A DNA stretch of 64,000 nucleotides from contig OZ024763.1 in NCBI GenBank assembly GCA_964016885.1, forward strand, positions 30,194,001 through 30,258,000. Reading direction: 5' to 3'. The DNA comes from Eledone cirrhosa (lineage: Eukaryota). Shown here one piece after another: positions 57,249 to 64,000 of this stretch; positions within the stretch are counted from its first letter, which is position 1; every line of letters begins with the position of its first letter. A program made the position numbers and the translations under genes. The notes below the pieces were generated by a model. It was given only the letters and a program-made list of their open reading frames with translations. It was not told the DNA's origin and made no database searches.

Positions 57249-57371
57249 TATGTTGATGCCCTAAGGACAGACACTGGTCTGTTGGAGATGCAGGACATGG
57301 CAGCGATAATGAGGGACAGAGACCGCTGGAGAGAACTCGTCCATGGATCTCGGGAATTTTACCCGCCTTAG

Positions 57372-57372
<1 letters not shown>
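57249..57372 (+). mobile_element. RTE-like family B, short 3' fragment
   Basis: Near-identical to 63412-63534; (AT)n tail. Confidence 0.75.
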
Positions 57373-57402
<30 letters not shown>

Positions 57403-57502
57403 CAGGATATCTCCAAAAATATATACACACTTTGATTACCTGTACAGGGAATATTTATTAGAATGCACAGCCTTTGTGTATACATTTTTGGAGGACACCC
57501 TG
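57403..57502. mobile_element. Tc1/mariner-like MITE (~100 bp)
   Basis: TA|caggatatctccaaaaatatatacac...gtgtatacatttttggaggacaccctg|TA; imperfect ~27-bp TIRs. Confidence 0.7.
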
Positions 57503-57804
57503 TATATATTTTTGTTTGTTTAATTATAAAATCGTAATTTACATCATTCACAGAATTCATTGAAAACAAAACGTTCTTATTTTTTTGTTTTTTCGTTGTT
57601 TTTTTTTTAAAGCTAAAGGAACAAAACACGGAAATGAGTGACTTCGAAGTTTAATGTCACTCAGTTTAACGATGGAACTGACGTAGTTATGTCGGCACAT
57701 TTTACTTTGTTTCAGCCGGAGTTATCGTCTGTTTTAACGATTCTCTCATGGGAGACTACTCCTTTAGAACCTAATTATCTCCCTTGGAAAATAATTTGTG
57801 AAAT

Positions 57805-58045
57805 TGGCTGTATCGGTGGAGCGTCGGACAACATGCTTTATGTCATAGAGTTACAGCCCTTTACAATTTGAGTTCAATTAATAATTGTTTTTACTTTTGG
57901 CACAAAGCCAGCAATTACTCCAGTGCATTACTGGTACTTTATTTTATGGACCCCGCAAAGATGAAAGGCAAAGTTAACCTCGGCGGGATTTGAACGTAAA
58001 GGGCCATAATTCTATGCTGCAAATCACGCTCTACCAATATTGCCA
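57805..58045. mobile_element. tRNA-SINE 5' part (+) fused to an inverted copy (-)
   Basis: 57805-57877 is the SINE head up to gagttcaa; 57880-58045 is a reverse-complement copy. Confidence 0.7.
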
Positions 58046-58052
58046 AACTAAC

Positions 58053-58613
58053 TAATAATAATAATAATAATGATTTATTGGCCACAAGGGCCTACATATA
58101 GGGGACAATACAAAAAGACAGGGACAGTTGGGGGGAGAGGGGTTACAATAAAATCTTGTAAAAAAAAACAAATTAACCAAAACAATAATAAAATTACAAT
58201 AAAAAATGTCTCAATTGTTGGGAAAACCACCCAGAGGCGACTCAGGACCCCCAACCAATCCTGAACCGCCTGACGCTTCAGCGGCACCACTCTCCTCCTC
58301 AAGTTAACCAGCCTACAGGCGCATACCTAAGAGCAGGCCCATTCACAAGAGCCATTCTCGCCACAGTCAACCACTTTCAAAAAATGTACTCAGGGGGCAG
58401 CACTTCTCTTTCCACCCTCTCCTTCCTTTCCAAGTGAAACCTGAAAAAGGTGATGAGGGATTGGCCAAAGAGAAAAGTGCCTGTCTTCAGTCCTTTCAAT
58501 TTGGTCGACCATACAACCTCTTTTGCTACAGCCCCCAGACAAGAGAAAAACTGCCTGCCCTTCCCTCCCAGCCAAAAGAAGGCGGTGTGGCGATCCTCAC
58601 TATGGACTCTATC
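58053..58613 (-). mobile_element. Tx1/L1-like LINE 3' end
   Basis: Decayed ORF ...AVAKEVVWSTKLKGLKTGTFLFGQSLITFFRFHLERKERVEREVL...W, resembling Tx1 ORF2 C-termini from memory. The 3' UTR ends aataaatc(att)n. Confidence 0.6.
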
Positions 58614-58614
58614 C

Positions 58615-59650
58615 ATAATAATTTGTTTCTACTTTAGGCACAAGGCCAGCAATAATACCCAGTGCATTACTGGTACTTTATTTTATCGACCCCGTAAGGA
58701 TGAAAGGCAAAGTCAACCTCGGCGGGATTTGAACTCAGATCATAAAGGGCTGTAACTCTTTGCTGCAAAGCATGGTGTCCGACCATCTACCGATACTGAC
58801 GATCCACCGCCCTTACATAAAATTATAATTGTTTCTACTTTAGGCACAAGGCCAGCAAATACCCCAGTGCATTACTGGTACTTTATTTTATCGACCCCCG
58901 TAAGGATGAAAGGCAAAGCCAACCTCGGCGGGATTTGAACTCAGATCGTAAAGGGACGTAACTATGCTGGAAAGCATGGCGTCCGACCCTCTACCGATAC
59001 TGCCAATCCACCGCCATAATGATTTCTAGTATAAGCACAAGGCCAGTAATACGGGGGAGGCGAAAGTCAATTAAATCAACCTCAGTACATTACTGGTACT
59101 TTATTTTATCGACCCCGTAAGGATGAAAGGCAAAGTTAACCTCGGCGGGATTTGAATTCAGACCATTAAGGGCCGTAACTCTATGCTACAATGCATGGCG
59201 TCCAACTCTCTACTGATACTGCCAATCCACTAATGATAACAACAATTGTTTCTACTTTTGGCACAAGGCCAGCAATTATACCCAGTGCATTACTGGTACT
59301 TTATGTTATCGACCCCGTAAGGATGAAAGGCAAAGTTAACCTCGGCTGGATTTGAATTCAGACCGCAAAAGGGACGTAACTATGCTGGAAAGCATGGCGT
59401 CCGACCCTCTACCGATACTGCCAATCCACCGCCATAATGATTTCTAGTATAAGCACAAGGCCAGTAATACGGGGGAGGGGAAAGTCAATTAAATCAACCT
59501 CAGTACATTACTGGTACTTTATTTTATCGACCCCGTAAGGATGAAAGGCAAAGTTAACCTCAGCTGGATTTGAATTCAGACCGAAAAGGGACGTAACTAT
59601 GCTGGAAAGCATGGCGTCCGACTCTCTACTCATACTGTCTACTGTCAATC
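58615..59650 (-). mobile_element. Tandem array of 5 tRNA-SINE copies just downstream of the 59719 donor
   Basis: Five repeats of ggcacaaggccag...ctggtactttattttatcgaccccgtaaggatgaaaggcaaag...gatttgaa; ~58825-59235 and ~59243-59640 look like a duplicated dimer. Confidence 0.85.
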
Positions 59651-59718
59651 CAATGATAATAATTGCTAGAAGATGGGGAAAAAGAAAGAAAGAAAGAATT
59701 AAATAAAGCCAGGCTTAC

Positions 59719-60200
59719 TCTGTGATGGTTCCAGTACCAACAGCTTCAGCTAATTTTGCTGCAGCTTCAGCAGTCCTCATCTTTTTGGCATGGTTTTTGC
59801 CCTGGTAATGTTGTGTGGCTTGTTTCGGGGAGTTGAAGCACGCATCACAGATTTTGCAGTAGATCTCCGAATTTGGTTCCAGGCTGGTACTGCTGTTGTT
59901 GTTGTTGCCCAAAGAACCGGTGGACGCGACAGTGGCCTGACTGGTTGTGGTGTTGAGACTAGAGGGCGTGGTGCTAGTGTTGCTGTTGTTGTTGTTTGTT
60001 TTGCCGGTGTTGCTTGTTGATATGGGAACGGACAGGGAAGTCGTGCTACTTGTGACCGTTTGTTCTGTGGAGTTGGCCGAGTTGCCATTGGGGTCGAGCT
60101 TGGCGGAGGAGGAGAACGAAGAGGATGAGGTGGAGGAAGAAGAGGAGATGGATGTGGTGGTGATGGTGGTGGCAGCATTCATGGAACTCGTGACGACTGC
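59719..60200 (-). CDS. Internal coding exon of a matrin/JAZ-type (C-x2-C-x12-H-x5-H) zinc-finger RNA-binding protein, ZMAT3/ZMAT4/ZNF346/ZNF385-like
   Basis: Minus-strand acceptor ctctttctcctttcattattgcag|GCA at 60201/60200 (phase 0) and donor GA|gtaagc at 59719/59718 (phase 2). The 482-nt open exon encodes an S/T/N-rich linker then YCKICDACFNSPKQATQHYQGKNHAKKMRTAEA, which from memory resembles the HYQGKNHAK finger of ZMAT3/Wig-1. Orthology is unresolved, so no symbol is given. Confidence 0.9.
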
Positions 60201-60255
60201 CTGCAATAATGAAAGGAGAAAGAGAGCAATAAATACTGGTTTGGGAACTAGAAGA

Positions 60256-60800
<545 letters not shown>

Positions 60801-61102
60801 ACCAAACCCCAGAAAAAAAGGACTGTCTAATTAATTTTTTCTACTTTAGCCACAAGGCCACCAGTACCCAGTGCATTACTGGTACTTTATTTTATCGACC
60901 CCGTAAGGATGAAAGGCAAAGTCAACCAATGCCTTAAAGAAGTCTTTGACAAGGGAAATAACTCTTGTTAGCTTGGCCAACATTTAATGTACATGACACC
61001 CGGTAGCTAAGCATGCTAAAAATAGCAACCAAATCTCTTTCATTTCACACCTTACTTATTGTAGTGCGCCTGAGTACTGTACAAATTTGATTATTATATA
61101 TA

Positions 61103-61198
61103 TAGGGTGTCTCCCAAAAATGTATACGCACTTCAACAAAATTTAATTAAATACTGCCTGCAAAGGTAATCAAAGTGTGTATACATTTTTGGGGGGAC

Positions 61199-61242
<44 letters not shown>

Positions 61243-61340
61243 CTGGTGTCCCCCAAAAATGTCTACACATTTCAAGAATTACTAATAAATATTGCCTGTA
61301 CAGGTAATCAAAATGTGTATACATTCTTTGGGACACCCTG
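61103..61340. mobile_element. Two adjacent copies of the same ~100-bp Tc1/mariner-like MITE separated by (GT)n
   Basis: ~61103-61204 and ~61241-61340 each have ggtgtc.cccaaaaatgtatac / gtatacatt.tt.gg.gaca TIRs and a shared internal cctgtacaggtaatcaaa-like segment with 57403-57502. Confidence 0.65.
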
Positions 61341-61345
61341 TGTGT

Positions 61346-61389
<44 letters not shown>

Positions 61390-61426
61390 GTTAAAATACT
61401 GGAGCGTGTTGGATTTAAACACCCTC

Positions 61427-61494
<68 letters not shown>

Positions 61495-61517
61495 CTCCAA
61501 CACGCTCCAGTATTTTA

Positions 61518-61600
<83 letters not shown>

Positions 61601-61627
61601 TATATATTATGAATAGAAGAGACAGTT

Positions 61628-61715
<88 letters not shown>

Positions 61716-62270
61716 ATATATATATATATACATACATATAAACATATCCATATGCATATATATGCAAACATATACACACACATTTACACAACCATATATA
61801 CAAAATACACGCTCAGACACATATATTTATACACACACACACACACACATATATATACACACACATACATATATATACACACACATACATATATATATAT
61901 ATGTATATCAAATGGCTGAAGTATTAATACAGACAGAAGTGAGGTGTGTGTCTATGTGTGTGTATACAAATTAGATTTACACCTGTCTATACAGGTGAGA
62001 AGAGGGAAGTAATAAGACAGCCACCACCACCACCACTACTACTACCACTACCACCACCACTACTACTACCACCACCACCACCACTACTACTGCTTCTATC
62101 TAATCTAATGGTGATACCATACTAAGACAACCTACTACTATTCATCTTGGTTCACACCTATATATATATATATATATACATGTATATATACATATATATA
62201 TACATACATGTATATATACATATATATATACATAGATATATATATGTGTGTGTACGTGTGTGTGTATGTA

Positions 62271-62342
<72 letters not shown>

Positions 62343-63074
62343 TGTGTATGTATGTATGTATATATGTGTGTATATATATATATATGCACATATATATATA
62401 TACATAGAAATATTTACCCCGGGTTCAATTGAGAGAAACCACAGTAAGTAATGTACTCAATACATATATATCATCATCATCACCGTTTAACATCTATCTT
62501 CCACGCTAGCATGGGTTAGACGGGAGTTGTCCTACGTGAGGCAAGATTGGTCGGGTGACCATGTCTCGCTCATATAGGACTATCTGGCAGGTTTTCTACG
62601 GCTGGATGCCCTTCCTAACACCAACCAGGTTTACAGTGTGGAACTGGGAACTTTTTACCGTGTCACCTACACGACCACATTACAGCGTGGACTGTGCATG
62701 TGTTTTTTGTTTTTTTTGTCGTGACACCTACACGACCTCATTTATTTAGAACTGGATGTTGTGGTACCAACATAACTTTACAGAGAAAGGGTGGTGTTGG
62801 TGGGAGTGCGGGTAGTGGGATTGGGTATATATTTGGTTAAGAGGTGCCTACAAACTGTAGGTTTCGCTTTGTACATAGGCAAGGCGAGTCTTCCATATAT
62901 ATATATATATTATTTATATAAGTACCAGTAATGCACTGGTATAATTGGTGGCCTTGTGCCAAAAGTAGAAACATATATATAAATAATATATATATATAGT
63001 TAATAAATGAAACAAAATGAAACACAGGAAGCAGAAATATATATTAGGTTCATGCTTGGAGGAACTTGAAGGGG

Positions 63075-63110
63075 TTTCAACGTTTCGGATAGAAGCCCTT
63101 CTTCAGAAAA
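63075..63110 (-). ncRNA. Minimal hammerhead motif of the CUGAnGA-A-GGG...CC-GAAACGU type
   Basis: Minus strand tttt CTGAAGA a gggcttctatcc GAAA cg TT gaaa. Palindromic AACGTT stem III; stems I and II are weak (3-4 bp). Confidence 0.5.
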
Positions 63111-63202
63111 TTTCAGATAAGGAGAAAACAGATAGATGAATGAATATATATATCATCATCATCATCATCATCGTTTAACGTCCATCTTCCACGCTTGCAT
63201 TG

Positions 63203-63242
<40 letters not shown>

Positions 63243-63244
<2 letters not shown>

Positions 63245-63532
63245 TTTGAGCTGACTTTTGGGATGCTCCCATACAGCTCTGCGTTTTTCATCCTCAGTGT
63301 ATACTGAGGTTAGCTGGACATGCTCACCGACATCCAGAGTTGACATTGCACTCAGTACTCCTTTGGGAGCCCCGACATGCACACACTAGAAGAGGAAGAC
63401 CAAGGTTAATGTATGTTGATGCCCTAAGGACAGACACTGGTCTGTTGGAGACGCAGGACATGGCAGCGATAATGAGGGACAGAGACCGCTGGAGAGAACT
63501 CGCCCATGGATCTCGGGAATTTTACCCGCCTT

Positions 63533-63534
<2 letters not shown>
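63243..63534 (+). mobile_element. RTE-like family B 3' end
   Basis: LAGHAHRHPELTLHSVLLWEPRHAHTRRGRPRLMYVDALRTD...DRDRWR...FYPP* followed directly by (AT)n. Confidence 0.8.
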
Positions 63535-63566
<32 letters not shown>

Positions 63567-63588
63567 TGTGTGATTATATTATATATTT

Positions 63589-63772
63589 TGAAGAAATGCC
63601 AGGAAATCCCAGTGGAAGGAAGCCACAATAGAGGATGACCAAGAAAGACCTGGGCAGAGGTTGTGAGAGCTGACCTCGAATCACTAAGACTGGCAGAGGA
63701 TATGATGAAGGAACGCGACAAGTGGAGAGATGCCTTCCTGAGAAGGACCCATGCAAAAAAGATGATGATGAT
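63589..63772 (+). mobile_element. RTE family A 3' fragment, decayed
   Basis: aagaaatgccaggaaatcccagtggaagga...ccaagaaagacctgggcagaggttgtgagagctgacctc...gacaagtggagagatgc matches 34209-34410; gatgatgat tail. Confidence 0.75.
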
Positions 63773-63786
63773 ATAAATAATATATA

Positions 63787-64000
63787 TCATCATCATCATC
63801 ATCATCATCACCGTTTAACGTCCGTGTTCCACGCTTGCATGGGTTTGGACGGGGGTAGTCCCACTTGAGGCAAGAGTGATTGTCTTGCTCGCATAGGACT
63901 GTCTGGCAGGTTTTCTACAGTTGGATGCCCTGCCTAACACCAACCACATTTACAGTGTGGGTCTGGGAGGTTTTTACCGTGTTGCCTACACGGCCACATT
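63787..64000 (-). mobile_element. Copy of the 54950 SINE-like family, running off the window end
   Basis: Near-identical to 54950-55122. Confidence 0.75.

Overview
Eukaryotic, extremely microsatellite-rich DNA. The repeat families and SSR density look like an octopus/coleoid cephalopod genome; this taxonomy is inferred, not proven. Almost all ORFs in the supplied track are translations of simple repeats. The only host coding sequence I can support is two phase-compatible minus-strand exons (60200-59719 and 54691-54456) encoding two C-x2-C-x12-H-x5-H matrin/JAZ-type zinc fingers plus an RG-rich stretch (ZMAT3/ZMAT4/ZNF346/ZNF385-like RNA-binding protein). No further exon was recognised in the remaining ~54 kb. 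The rest is microsatellites, minisatellites/satellites, tRNA-type SINEs (some in tandem arrays), 3' fragments of RTE, CR1 and Tx1/L1-like LINEs, and piggyBac-like, Tc1/mariner-like and Helitron-like non-autonomous elements. The most interesting signal is a set of about six sequence-unrelated short non-coding elements, each with a type I hammerhead ribozyme motif (several minimal, with a palindromic stem III). They sit in (TA)n tracts and often form long fold-back inverted repeats, as expected for Penelope-like pLTR or retrozyme-like elements. They are densest around the second zinc-finger exon, where inverted copies also bracket the exon.
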